From NCBI GenBank assembly GCA_004173355.1, contig SEAD01000007.1, positions 7,337 to 71,336 of the forward strand: DNA of 64,000 nt, read 5' to 3'. Positions within the stretch are counted from its first letter, which is position 1, and each line of letters begins with the position of its first letter. The translations under genes and the position numbers were made by a program. The stretch comes from Chitinophagaceae bacterium. Lineage in GTDB: Bacteria > Bacteroidota > Bacteroidia > Chitinophagales > Chitinophagaceae. This document shows, piece after piece, positions 20,301-30,200 of this stretch. The notes under the pieces were generated by a model. The model worked only from the letters and a program-made list of their open reading frames with translations. It made no database searches and had not been told where the DNA came from.

Positions 20301-20508
20301 CGTCTTCGATTTTCCGTGATACGGTATTTTCCACTTCACTGGGTGATGCACCCGGATAAATGGTAGTCACCGATACAACCGCCGGGGCGAATTTGGGCAA
20401 CAGCTCGTAGTTGAGACTGGTATAACTCAGGATACCCCCGAGGATCAGTACTGTAAACAGTACGATGACCAGTGTTGGCCGTTTGATTGATATTTCTGCA
20501 ATTTTCAT
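17332..20508 (-). CDS. RND efflux transporter, inner-membrane permease (AcrB/HAE1-like)
   Basis: 1058 aa. N-terminus MKIAEISIKRPTLVIVLF. 12-TM/two-large-loop architecture and typical RND length. Confidence 0.95.
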   Translation of the reverse strand: MKIAEISIKRPTLVIVLFTVLILGGILSYTSLNYELLPKFAPAVVSVTTIYPGASPSEVENTVSRKIEDAVSSMENIKKLESKSFESLSTITITLNSGADVDLALNDAQRKVNAILKDLPEDVDPPSLNKFSLDDLPIITMSASANMDEAAFFDLMDKRIAPVISRVPGVAQVNLIGGQEREIQVSVDAAKLETYGLSLLQVQQGILTSNLDFPTGSVQTRNQDILIRLAGKFKTIDELRQLVVFTPANGTPVYLRDVADIQDAVKDEEKLARVDLQSAIAVQVMKQSDANAVSVSDGVKAIQDRLTQEYNSAGLKLAIVNDSSVYTLESADAVIHDLILAIVLVAVVMLFFLHSIRNALIVMVAIPASLIATFIGMQLLGYSLNLMSLLGLSLVVGILVDDAIVVLENIYRHMEMGKNRVRASFDATKEIGFTVTSITLVIVVVFIPIALSTGLAADILKEFCVTVAMATLLSLLSSFTIVPWLSSRFGKLEHIQGKNFFGKIILGFESGLNSFTAWVTGILKWSIGHKKTTLAIILVLFIGSFSLVGAGFIGAEFFAKSDRGEFLVQIEMPKDVSLEQTNQMTQRAEDFLRTKPEVTQLITTVGQSSDGVGASQSTAYKSEISVKLVEKKQREDDAYVYAAKTKRELERVVVGAKVKTVPVSILGTAEQAPLALVVTGPELEPVMAFAKQAMDTLRGIAGATEIRLSVETGNPEINVQVDRDKMASLGLSLQTVGSTMQTAFSGNTDGKYRAGEFEYDINIRFDAFNRKSINDVSNLAFVNDRGERVRLSQFATVKESSGPSMLERRDKSTSVTVQAQAVGRPSGTISAEWQTRIDQMQRPNGVNYVWSGDMENQAEGFGSLGIALLAAIVLVYLIMVALYNSFAYPFVVLFSIPLSVIGALLALALTNNSLNLFTILGMIMLIGLVAKNAIILVDFTNQRKAEGETAFNAVIQANHARLRPILMTTIAMVIGMLPIALASGAGAEWKNGLAWVIIGGLLSSLFLTLIVVPVMYLIFDKWIDRANSRNKKEDIGELMVADYEPREFAQDGFTPKHT

Positions 20509-20535
20509 TTTAATTGGTTTGTCGTGACATCCATA

Positions 20536-21606
20536 TTACCTGATCACATTCACTGCGGTACCTTCTGCGAGGTTGATCTGTCCGCTGACAATGACTTTTT
20601 CATTTTCCTCCAGGCCGCGGCTTACTTCCACACGATCCCCGAGGATCCGTCCTGCCACCACTTTGCGGACACGTGCCTTGTTTGATGCATCAACCACAAA
20701 CACCTCATTGCTGCTCACACCACCCACGAAGGCGCTCCGGGGAACAGTGATGGCAGGTACCTTTTTGGAAGGCTGGAATGCAGCGATGCCATACATGCCT
20801 GCCCGGAGCAGGTTATTGGTGTTTCTGGAAACTTCGATCGTGACCGGGAAATTGAGGCTTGCATCAGCTTTTGCGGCCACGAATATGACCTGGCCGTTGA
20901 ATTCTTCACCGGGCAATACGCTTGCGCTGATTTTGACTTTATCCCCCTCCTTGATTGCGGCAACCTGTGCTTCCGTCACCGAGATTTCAAGTTTCAGGGT
21001 GCTGATATCCACGATTTCAAAAAGTTCTGTACCCGGCGCCAGTACGGCTCCCGGTTCGATCAGCCGTTTGTTGACCACACCATTGATGGAGGAACGGATA
21101 TTGGCATCGGTGATTCTGATCTGCGCCTGTTCCACTTTTGCCAGGGCATTGGTCACTGAAAGGGATGCCTGGTCCACCTGTTGCCTGGTAACGCCACCGG
21201 ATTTAAAGGCATTTTCATAACGTTGTTTATCCCGCAGTGCATTCTGGTAAGATTCCCTGGCCGATTGAAGGTCCACATTGAGGTTGTCCGTTTTTATTAC
21301 GGCGAGTGTCTGGCCCTTGCTGATCCGCTGTCCCTCTTCCACGAGCACACGTACCACGCGACCGCTTGTTTCGGATGAAAAATTGATTTCCTGTGCAGGG
21401 GCGAATTTACCGTTGGCTATAAACTCCTCCGCAATATCTGACTGACGCACGGTGTCCACCCGCACTGCGACAGAAGCGCTGACTGTGGCAACTGTTGCGG
21501 TTTTGGCTTCGTTCTTTTTTTTGTTGCCCGTCAGTACCCATGCAATGAGACCGGCAATAGCGGCGATGATGAGGATCGTAACGATGATCCGGATTCCTTT
21601 TTTCAT
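20536..21606 (-). CDS. RND efflux periplasmic adaptor (membrane fusion protein)
   Basis: 356 aa with an N-terminal anchor, coiled-coil hairpin and barrel-sandwich-like sequence. Lies directly between the TolC-like and RND genes (gaps of 1 and 27 nt). Confidence 0.9.
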   Translation of the reverse strand: MKKGIRIIVTILIIAAIAGLIAWVLTGNKKKNEAKTATVATVSASVAVRVDTVRQSDIAEEFIANGKFAPAQEINFSSETSGRVVRVLVEEGQRISKGQTLAVIKTDNLNVDLQSARESYQNALRDKQRYENAFKSGGVTRQQVDQASLSVTNALAKVEQAQIRITDANIRSSINGVVNKRLIEPGAVLAPGTELFEIVDISTLKLEISVTEAQVAAIKEGDKVKISASVLPGEEFNGQVIFVAAKADASLNFPVTIEVSRNTNNLLRAGMYGIAAFQPSKKVPAITVPRSAFVGGVSSNEVFVVDASNKARVRKVVAGRILGDRVEVSRGLEENEKVIVSGQINLAEGTAVNVIR

Positions 21607-21607
21607 A

Positions 21608-22984
21608 CTACTTATTGATTAATGTTTTCAGTTGTCCTTTTGATTTGATGAGGCTGATCTCGGCCAGTTTGTAATCGAGCAGTGCTGCGGTGTAACTGTT
21701 GCGCGAGGTTGCCAGCTGGTTCTGCGATTCAATGAGATCGGTGAGCGGCGCAAGTCCCTCATTGAAATTATTCTGTGTGTTGTTCATAACCTTTTCCGCG
21801 AGTTTCACATTGCGTTCCTGGTTGCCCAGTACAATCAAAGAGTTTCTGATCTGGGTGCGGGCATTTTCATTTTCGAGATCAATGTTGAGGTTGGTATTGC
21901 GGATGTCTTCTTCCAGCTGTTTGATTTCGATCTCCGCCTGGCGGACCCTGGCGCGGGTTGCGTTACCGTTGAACAGCGGGATTTTGAGATTCAGGCCCAC
22001 GGTTCCCACATCAAACCAGTTTGCCCCGCCCGACTTGCCACCGGCAATCGGGAATTTGTCGGAAAGCCCCTGGTAATTGTATGACCCGGAGAAGGAGAGG
22101 GATGGATAATACGCTGCTTTCACATTTTGTTTCTGCAGGCGGAGCAGGTCGGCCTGTTTGGCCAGCACACGGTATTCTGTCCTCGTCCTGGAATTGATCG
22201 TATCACTGAGTTCTGCGGCATTCACTGTCATTTCCGCAGTCTCCATATCGGGTACCTCAATGGGTGCTGAGATGGGCATGCCGATATAAAACTTCAGCTG
22301 GTTTTCGTACTGGACAACGGTATTCAGCAGTTGCTGCCGCTGGCTGCGCAGGTTGGACAACTGCACATCGGTGCGGTCCACATCGATTTCCTTGCCCAAG
22401 CCGCTTTCGAACAGCCCGGCTATGATGGTGCGCGACCGTGTGGTACTTGCAATGTTGCTGTCAACATCCGAGATCTGCTGGCGCTGTACCAGTACATTGT
22501 AGTACGTCACTGCCACCTGTTCGATGATATTCTCCTCAGTAAGCTGTGAGTTCAGCTGGTAAAACTCCCTCGTGGTCTTTGCTGCCTTGAGACCGGTGAA
22601 CACGGACTGGTCGAAAATGGCCTGCGTGGCACTGACGCCGATATTGCTGTTCCATTTCTGCCCGAATGCCACCAGTAATGTCTGTCCCGGATTGGTGGGA
22701 TTAAGTTCACCCGGCAATGCACTCAGCTGCAGCAGCGGATTATAGTTCAGTGCGCCGCTCCCGCTCACCTGCGGCAGGGCCTTCGCGCGCACTTCATCGA
22801 TCTGGTAACCGGCATTTTCGAGGTCGAGTTTTGCTTTGCGGGCGGAGGTATAATTTTCCAGTGCGTATCTGATTGCATCGGGCAGGGTCAGTTTCCGGAC
22901 CTCCTGCGCCCCCGCCTTCGCGGCGAAAAGAGCCAGCAACGCTACACCCGGCAGCACCCGTCTTATCAGGATTTTGATTTTCAT
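21608..22984 (-). CDS. TolC-family outer-membrane efflux protein
   Basis: Signal peptide MKIKILIRRVLPGVALLALFAAKAGAQ and two TolC-type repeat halves. I prefer ATG 22984 over the TTG 22996 of the ORF track. Confidence 0.9.
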   Translation of the reverse strand: MKIKILIRRVLPGVALLALFAAKAGAQEVRKLTLPDAIRYALENYTSARKAKLDLENAGYQIDEVRAKALPQVSGSGALNYNPLLQLSALPGELNPTNPGQTLLVAFGQKWNSNIGVSATQAIFDQSVFTGLKAAKTTREFYQLNSQLTEENIIEQVAVTYYNVLVQRQQISDVDSNIASTTRSRTIIAGLFESGLGKEIDVDRTDVQLSNLRSQRQQLLNTVVQYENQLKFYIGMPISAPIEVPDMETAEMTVNAAELSDTINSRTRTEYRVLAKQADLLRLQKQNVKAAYYPSLSFSGSYNYQGLSDKFPIAGGKSGGANWFDVGTVGLNLKIPLFNGNATRARVRQAEIEIKQLEEDIRNTNLNIDLENENARTQIRNSLIVLGNQERNVKLAEKVMNNTQNNFNEGLAPLTDLIESQNQLATSRNSYTAALLDYKLAEISLIKSKGQLKTLINK

Positions 22985-23017
22985 CGTGTATTTCAATTTG
23001 ACAGTTTTACAATTATA

Positions 23018-23035
23018 TTTGACATTTTTGTTAAA
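23018..23035 (-). promoter_or_regulatory. Putative TetR operator upstream of the efflux operon
   Basis: TTTGACATTTTTGTTAAA matches the perfect palindrome at 23690-23707 in 16 of 18 positions. A second ATTTGACA copy sits at 22996-23003, 21 nt away. Confidence 0.45.
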
Positions 23036-23084
23036 TCATGGTTATGCAAAATCCCTTTCGCGGATAGGCCGTTAAAAACGGTAC

Positions 23085-23684
23085 TTACCTGAAAAGGGAT
23101 TTCAGTATAAACTCTTTTCGTTCTGCAAGCAGTTGCCTGTATTTTTTAGGCGTCAGCCGGAAGGCACGCTCCATCAGTGGCCGCATTGTCAGCGGATAGG
23201 AGATCATGGCGAGCAGGTTGAGCACGAAATGCATAGGTGGCATGGACACCAGCACACCTTTTTTCATTTCCTTTTCGATCTCCTCGAAAAAATTGTCGAG
23301 CCCTCCTTTTTCTGCGGCCATCTCCCGATCCAGTTTGACTTCCGCCTCCCTGCTATGGATCGTTGACACCAGGTATACATCGAGGTAGGGATATTCCAGC
23401 GCATGTTCCGTCCAGATATCGATCATCGCTTCAATCTTCTGGCGGAAGGGAATATCCGCAGGGACATTTTCCGACATCTTTTTCCTGAACTCTGAGCGGC
23501 CCTCTTCCAGCACCTGGTCAAACAGCAGGTCACGCGAACGGAAATAATAATGCACGAGGGTGCGGTTCACCCCGGCGGCATCGGCAATCTCCTGCGTGGT
23601 GGCCTTGAACCGGCCTTCCGCAAAGAATATTTTCTTCGCAGTATTGCGGATGAGCTCTTCTTTTGAATGGTCTTTGATAGACAA
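23085..23684 (-). CDS. TetR/AcrR-family transcriptional repressor
   Basis: N-terminal HTH TTQEIADAAGVNRTLVHYYFRSRD. 199 aa with an apparent TTG start. Sits immediately upstream of the efflux operon on the same strand. Confidence 0.9.
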   Translation of the reverse strand: MSIKDHSKEELIRNTAKKIFFAEGRFKATTQEIADAAGVNRTLVHYYFRSRDLLFDQVLEEGRSEFRKKMSENVPADIPFRQKIEAMIDIWTEHALEYPYLDVYLVSTIHSREAEVKLDREMAAEKGGLDNFFEEIEKEMKKGVLVSMPPMHFVLNLLAMISYPLTMRPLMERAFRLTPKKYRQLLAERKEFILKSLFR

Positions 23685-23689
23685 GTTTG

Positions 23690-23707
23690 TTTGACAATTT
23701 TGTCAAA
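23690..23707 (-). promoter_or_regulatory. Putative TetR auto-operator (perfect inverted repeat)
   Basis: TTTGACAA-TT-TTGTCAAA, an 8-bp perfect inverted repeat with a 2-bp spacer, 6 nt upstream of the tetR-like start codon. Confidence 0.5.
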
Positions 23708-23802
23708 GGTATGGTCCTTTACCTGGAAAAACCAACTTTTTCAGAAAATGGGGAAAACTGCCATGATTCCTGACGAAAGACCCGGCTTCATTAATCCGGG
23801 AT

Positions 23803-24483
23803 TCAGATCAGGTCAAAAGCCCGGGCGTACTGCGTGAGTTCAAAAAAGGAATTGGTGTCCAGTTTCTGCCGGATGTTCCGACGGTGGGTATCTACCGTGT
23901 ACTGGGCGATAAACAGTTCGGCTGCAGTTTCTGCAGAGCTTTTACCCAGGGCGAGCAGTTTCAGTACCTCGCGTTCGCGGAAACTCAGCAGCGCATACCG
24001 GTCGGAATTCCGGCGCAGGAAATTGTTTTCTTCCAGCAGCCGCTCTGCCTTGTTGACCATATGATGCATTGACTCCACCGCGAAGGCCATACTCATGGCC
24101 AGCAGCGGTTTATTATCATCGTCTCGTATAAAAACCTTCGTGCTGGTGAAATGCCATTCCCAGTCGCCACCCGGTTTGAACCGGACCTGCTGGAAATAGT
24201 TGACAACCGCATCGTCCTTATTCTCTTCAATGATCTTCCGGATTTTGGGACTGTAGTCTGCAACATCCTCCGGATTAAAGTAGGTTCCGTAATACTCCTC
24301 GGGCTTCATCAACCGCAGCTCTTTGAGTGTGATACCCAGCAGGGCAAGTCCGGAGGCCGACATCCATGCAACAGACAGATCCCGCAGGTCATGGATGATC
24401 ACAACACCTGGCAACTTATCCGCAATCCTTTCAATTTCCCTGATGCCTTCTGCAACCAGGATATCTGACCTGTGTACACTCAT
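23803..24483 (-). CDS. LuxR-family transcriptional regulator with N-terminal PAS-like sensor domain
   Basis: C-terminal HTH LSFREREVLKLLALGKSSAETAAELFIAQYTVDTHRRNIRQKL. The N-terminal ~150 aa are PAS-like. Confidence 0.85.
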   Translation of the reverse strand: MSVHRSDILVAEGIREIERIADKLPGVVIIHDLRDLSVAWMSASGLALLGITLKELRLMKPEEYYGTYFNPEDVADYSPKIRKIIEENKDDAVVNYFQQVRFKPGGDWEWHFTSTKVFIRDDDNKPLLAMSMAFAVESMHHMVNKAERLLEENNFLRRNSDRYALLSFREREVLKLLALGKSSAETAAELFIAQYTVDTHRRNIRQKLDTNSFFELTQYARAFDLI

Positions 24484-24506
24484 AATCGCGGCTAAAATAT
24501 TAAATG

Positions 24507-25454
24507 TTACAGAAACCGGAGTACTTCTTTGCGGAATGCCGCCAGTTGCTGGATATGTGGAATATGTCCTACCCCATCCAGTTCAACCAGCCTTGAGTTC
24601 CGGATCCGCCCCTGCAGCATTTTGCCGAGCACCGGATAGTTGCCATGGCCTTTCGCCTGCTCCGGTGACAACAAATTTTTTCCAACCACCGTCCGGTCGG
24701 CCTGGCCGATCAGCAGCAGTGTTTCTGTCCGGATGGAATCCAGTTCATATATAACAGGCTGCTCATATATCATTTCGTAAGTGGCCGCGGATGCCCATGC
24801 AGCCTGCTTCCTGTCAGGGACCTGCTGTACCTGCAACTGTGCCTGCACATACTGGTCATATTCCTGTTTCCATTCGGGATAATAGGTCTGCTGGTATTTT
24901 TTCAGCGAAGCAAAATCCGACCTGAGTTCCTGGGCAAGCTGTTCATCAAAACTCCGGTAGGGTACAAATGTTTTGTAATCTTCCAGGCCGATCGGATTTT
25001 CATACACCAGTTTGTCCACCGATGCCGGATACATCAGCACAAACCGTGAAGCCAGCATGCCACCCATGGAATGTGAAATAATATTTACCGAAGGTATACC
25101 CAGCGTATCCAGTAATTTTTTTGTACTGGCAGCAAGCAGGTGCAAACTATAAGCTATTGCCGGTTTATCCGAAAGCCCGAATCCAAGCTGGTCGGGAATG
25201 ACCACGCGGAAACCGGCATCGGACAGGAAGCTGATCACATCTTTCCAGTAATAACCATTGAAATTCTTCCCATGCAGCAGCATTACCACTTTACCGTTGG
25301 GTTTTGCCGGACTCACGTCCATGTAGGCCATCCGGTGAGTGGCCTGCTCCGCGCTCACCCGCAGGTAATGAACCGGATAAGGATATTTTACTTCCTGCGC
25401 ATTCAATGACATAATAAACAGGACGGGGAAAAATACCAGCAACAGTTTTTTCAT
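24507..25454 (-). CDS. Secreted alpha/beta-fold hydrolase
   Basis: Signal peptide MKKLLLVFFPVLFIMSLNAQ, nucleophile elbow SHSMGG, and C-terminal GVGHIPH. Confidence 0.85.
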   Translation of the reverse strand: MKKLLLVFFPVLFIMSLNAQEVKYPYPVHYLRVSAEQATHRMAYMDVSPAKPNGKVVMLLHGKNFNGYYWKDVISFLSDAGFRVVIPDQLGFGLSDKPAIAYSLHLLAASTKKLLDTLGIPSVNIISHSMGGMLASRFVLMYPASVDKLVYENPIGLEDYKTFVPYRSFDEQLAQELRSDFASLKKYQQTYYPEWKQEYDQYVQAQLQVQQVPDRKQAAWASAATYEMIYEQPVIYELDSIRTETLLLIGQADRTVVGKNLLSPEQAKGHGNYPVLGKMLQGRIRNSRLVELDGVGHIPHIQQLAAFRKEVLRFL

Positions 25455-25575
25455 ATTTATTTTTTTTACCGGCCTTAATATAGCTGTGAGTCCGCCGAAT
25501 ACGGCAATCAGTTACTACATTTATAACTCCGGTGTAAGCGAATGGTTCAAACAGGATCGGATCAAAAACCAGGTA

Positions 25576-27123
25576 ATGACTGACACAACTCCCAAACCCA
25601 GACGCGCAATGGCGGGATACATCCTGCTTGCCGTTTTTGTTATTGCGAAAATTGTGCTGCAATATCTTGTCGTCAATCCGGTGTACGACCTGCAACGGGA
25701 TGAATACCTTCACCTCGACCAGGGTTACCACCTGGCCTGGGGATACCAGTCGGTGCCACCCGTGAGCTCCTGGATTTCCTGGCTGATCATCAAACTGGGC
25801 AATGGCCTGTTCTGGGTGAAATTTTTCCCCGCAGTCTTCGGGGCCCTCACGATTGTAACGGTCTGGAAAGCGATTGAATACCTGAAGGGCGGCCTTTTCG
25901 CCTGCGTGCTGGCAGCTACTGCCCTGCTTGGTTCGGTGCTCCTGAGGATCAATATCCTTTACCAGCCAAATTCACTGGACATACTCAGCTGGACCCTCTT
26001 GTATTATTGCCTGCTGCGGTATATCCAGTCAGCAAAAAATAAATACCTGTACCTGCTTGCGCTTGCTTTCGCCATTGGCTTCCTCAACAAATACAATATC
26101 CTCTTTTGTCTTGCGGGACTGCTGCCGGCACTGGCCATCAGCCGTCACCGCAGGATTTTCCTCATCCCACATCTGTATTATGCTGGCTTACTGGCACTGG
26201 TACTGGTGAGCCCGAACCTTTACTGGCAATACCAGAACCACTTCCCGGTGCTGACACATATGAAAGAACTTGCTGAAACGCAACTTGTGCATGTTGACCG
26301 GATGGATTTCCTGAAGGAACAACTGTTCTTTTTCATTGGATCGTTATTTATCCTGCTTGCCGGATTTATTTCCTTTTTCCGCTATACACCCCACAAAACA
26401 TTCCGGCTGTATTTCTGGGCCTGGGTATTCACCATCCTTGTCTTTATTTACCTGCATGCAAAAGCCTATTATGCCATCGGGCTCTACCCGGTTTACTTCG
26501 CGTTCGGCGCCGTGTATCTCGCACGGTTACTAAGCAGGGGCTGGCTTTTTTACCTGCGTTATGTATCCATTGCTGTAATCCTGGTTTTCTTTTACATGAC
26601 CCTGAAGGTGGCATTACCAATTTATACTCCCGAAACATATGTAAACAACGCAGCAGAAGGACGGCCATTCAGCACCCACACCTGGGAGGATGGAAAACAA
26701 TACCCGATCTCACAGGATTTTGCAGACATGCTTGGATGGAAAGAACTCGCTCATAAGGTCGACAGCGTCTATGCTTCGCTCATTCAAAAGGAACAGGTCA
26801 TGGTACTGTGTGATAACTACGGGCAGGCAGGTGCCATTAATTATTATACAAAGCAAAAAGGTTTACAGGCCGATGCATTTGTACCGGATTATATCAGGTG
26901 GATGAACCTCGACCGTGATATCACGCAGGTTATCCGGATCAAAACTGCCAGCAATACCGATTCCAAAAGGGATGAAAACCTCTTTAACTCCGTACACTTC
27001 ATTACAGAAATAGATAATATTTATGCGCGTGAAAAAGGAACACGCATCCTTTTGCTGCGGGATCCGAAGATGGAACTAGCACCGTTGCTCCGCAATGAGC
27101 GCGACAAACGTACCGCTCGGTAA
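25576..27123 (+). CDS. GT-C fold glycosyltransferase (ArnT/PMT-like, GT39/GT83 type)
   Basis: Multi-TM protein with a DE-containing first loop (YDLQRDEYLHLDQGYHLAWGY). Start taken at ATG 25576 (MTDTTPKP...) rather than GTG 25486. Confidence 0.8.
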   Translation: MTDTTPKPRRAMAGYILLAVFVIAKIVLQYLVVNPVYDLQRDEYLHLDQGYHLAWGYQSVPPVSSWISWLIIKLGNGLFWVKFFPAVFGALTIVTVWKAIEYLKGGLFACVLAATALLGSVLLRINILYQPNSLDILSWTLLYYCLLRYIQSAKNKYLYLLALAFAIGFLNKYNILFCLAGLLPALAISRHRRIFLIPHLYYAGLLALVLVSPNLYWQYQNHFPVLTHMKELAETQLVHVDRMDFLKEQLFFFIGSLFILLAGFISFFRYTPHKTFRLYFWAWVFTILVFIYLHAKAYYAIGLYPVYFAFGAVYLARLLSRGWLFYLRYVSIAVILVFFYMTLKVALPIYTPETYVNNAAEGRPFSTHTWEDGKQYPISQDFADMLGWKELAHKVDSVYASLIQKEQVMVLCDNYGQAGAINYYTKQKGLQADAFVPDYIRWMNLDRDITQVIRIKTASNTDSKRDENLFNSVHFITEIDNIYAREKGTRILLLRDPKMELAPLLRNERDKRTAR

Positions 27124-27220
27124 AACCCCCGCTGGCACAGTTCTTGACAACCCTACCGCAAGCCCCCGCTTGCCTACACCCCACCTGCCCGTACCTGTCA
27201 GCACCAAATAATCCAAAACG

Positions 27221-30200
27221 ATGCGAATGAATTTTAGAATTGTACGCAAGCAGCCTCGCTATGTCCGGATCTTAATGCTTGCCTTGTTTTTGTTTTCCCT
27301 TTCTGATGCCAGCGGGCAGGACAGCACATTGCCCAAACGGGACACTATCCCTTCCAAATCCGACAGCATCCCTGCAAAAGCGGACAGCGTTGTTCCCAAA
27401 CGCGATACCCTTCCCCTGACACGCGACAGTAATCCCGCCAGACCTCCGGTCAGCAACACATCCGCAGATACCAGCAAACCAAAAGTATCCGCAGCAGTGG
27501 TGGACAGTACGGGTGCACAGGAATTTGCAACAGCAAAGACGGATACCATTCCTGCGGTAGGTGATACCACTGGCTCTGTGTCGGGCGTCATTACTTCATT
27601 CAGGGGCGAACCACTTCCGGGCGCCACCATTACGATAAAGGGTACCCCCCGCAATGTCAAAAGCGACAGCACGGGACGTTTCAGTATTGACGCGGCAGTG
27701 GGCATTGAGCTCGAGATCACCTATGTGGGTTATGCCCCGCAAACAGTAGCCGTTACCGGCAAACCCCTTACGATCATACTCGGCGCCACCGCCACCGAAA
27801 ACAAGGAAGTAGTAGTTGTTGGTTATGGTACACAACGCCGGATTGCCAATACCGGATCCATCGCATCCGTGCGTGGGGCAGAGATCACCCAGACGCCTGT
27901 GGTAAATGTTGCCCAGGGTTTGCAGGGTCGTGTGGCAGGTGTGCAGGTCACACAAAATAATGCGGCACCGGGTGGTAATATCAGTGTACGCGTTCGTGGT
28001 ACAAACTCCATCAACGGTTCATCCGAACCACTCTATATCATCGATGGCATCCAGGTATCCAATGAAGCTGGCGGCAACAGCGTGAGCCCCCTGTCCACCC
28101 TCAATCCAGGTGATATCGAATCCGTGGAAATATTAAAAGATGCTGCAGCAACCGCCATCTATGGTTCACGTGCTGCAAATGGTGTGGTACTCATCACTAC
28201 CAAACGCGGTAGGCAGGGGGAAACTGCCGTGCAGGTGGACCTCTACAGCGGCTTCCAGGAGCTTCCCAATAAAATCCCGGTACTGAATGCCACCGAATTT
28301 GCCGCACTGGAAAATGAAGTCTACAATACCGCGGTTTATCCCGATCCTGTTGCACAGGGAAAAGGTACAGACTGGCAGGACCTGATCTTTCGCCGGGGAT
28401 GGATGCAGAACGCACAGGTATCAGCCAGCGGCGGCAATGAAAAAACACAGTTCTCGGTCTCGGGAAATTATTTTAACCAGGAAGGCATTATCATCAAATC
28501 CAACTACCGCCGTTACTCCCTGCGCGCAGCACTCGATAACACGATTAACGATAAATTCAAGTTCGGGGCAACCATCCTTGGTAGTTATGGTATCAACCGG
28601 AGTGTACCCACCGCATCCTCCTCCATTGATGCCGCTGCAGCCACATCCAGCATCGTAGGAGCCGCACTGGGTGCGCCTCCCACCCTCACTCCATTCCGCG
28701 AAGATGGCAGTATTTTCCCCCTGGGTGAACAATATAGCGGCCGATACCGCGAGGTAGCCAATCCGCTTGGCCTTGCAGAGATCTACTCGCAACAGGCAGT
28801 CAAACGTACCCTCGCCAATGTATACATCGAAGCAAAACCTATCCGCGACCTGGTATACCGTGCCTCCTTTAATGCGGATCTCAGCAGCAGCCTGGCAGAT
28901 ATGTATTCCCCGATTTATATTATCGCACCGGCCGACCGCAATGAAAATTCCGGTTCCGCTTCCAAGAGCAACGGGAATGTGACATCACTGCTCCACGAAA
29001 GCATCCTTACCTATACCAAAGCCTTTGGCGATCATGACTTCAAGGTCACCGGTGTATACGGCAGCCAGAGCATTGCAAGCAACAGCAATACGATCAACGC
29101 AAATGGTTTCCCGAACGATCTCACCCGCAACGAAGCATTGCAGCTGGCAGTCAACCGCACCGTTACTACCGCAAGGACCCGTGAAGTCCTTCACTCGTTT
29201 ATGGGCCGGATCAATTACGGTTATGCCGATAAATACTTCCTTGACTTCACTGCCCGTTACGATGGCAATTCAAAATTCGGCGCAAATAATAAATGGGGAT
29301 TCTTCCCGGCAGTATCCGGTGCATGGCGGATCATCGAGGAACCCTTCCTGCAGGAAAGCAAATTTTTCAGTGACCTGAAACTCCGCGCGAGTTATGGGCT
29401 TACCGGAAACGCTGCCGCCATCGGACCCTACCAGTCGCTGGCTACCGTGGCCTCCGGCAACAACTACGCCTTCGATCATTTATATGTAACCGGTATCAAT
29501 CCATCCGGCATCCCCAATCCCGACCTGCGCTGGGAAAAATCCACGCAGATGAACTTCGGGCTCGATCTTTCCGTGCTGGACAACCGGATCGGACTGGTGG
29601 TGGATGTATACCGTAAAACAACCGAGGACCTCCTCTTCCTCCGCCAGCTTCCCATTTCTTCCGGATATGGCACCATCATCGGCAACTTTGCGAGTATCCG
29701 CAACCAGGGTGTTGAGTTCGCAGTGAACGCAAAAATCCTCGATGGCGATTTTAAATGGAATGCCAATGCGAATGTTTCCGTGAACCGAAATAAATTGCTG
29801 AGTCTCGCCGGCGGGCTGGATGAATTCGTTTTAAGCCAGTATGGTGTGTTACGCGTCGGGCAACCGCTTGGGGTGTTCAAGACATACAGCTACGGTGGAC
29901 TCTACCAGAACGGCGAAGCGATTCTTCCCGGATCCGATGGCCGGCTGGGCGGACCAAAAGTGGTGGACCTCGACAAGGACGGCACTATCACCGGGAATGA
30001 CCAGTCCATTACCGGTCGCGCCAATCCCGACCTGATCTTCGGATTTTCCACTAATATGAATTATAAAAACTTTGACCTCTCTGTTTTTGTCTCCGGAGTA
30101 ATCGGGAATGAAATCTTCAATCTCAGCCGTTATAGTTTCGAAAACGCACTCGGCGGGCGAAATGTACTGGAAGGCCTGATCAACCGGTGGAACCCGGATA

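Noticed and set aside
27300-27480. Short DNA-level repeats (CCCAAACGxGAxAC etc.) considered as a tandem repeat or mini CRISPR-like array
   Set aside because: The repeats are degenerate, in-frame and encode the low-complexity N-terminal extension of the SusC-like protein. There is no constant repeat/spacer periodicity.
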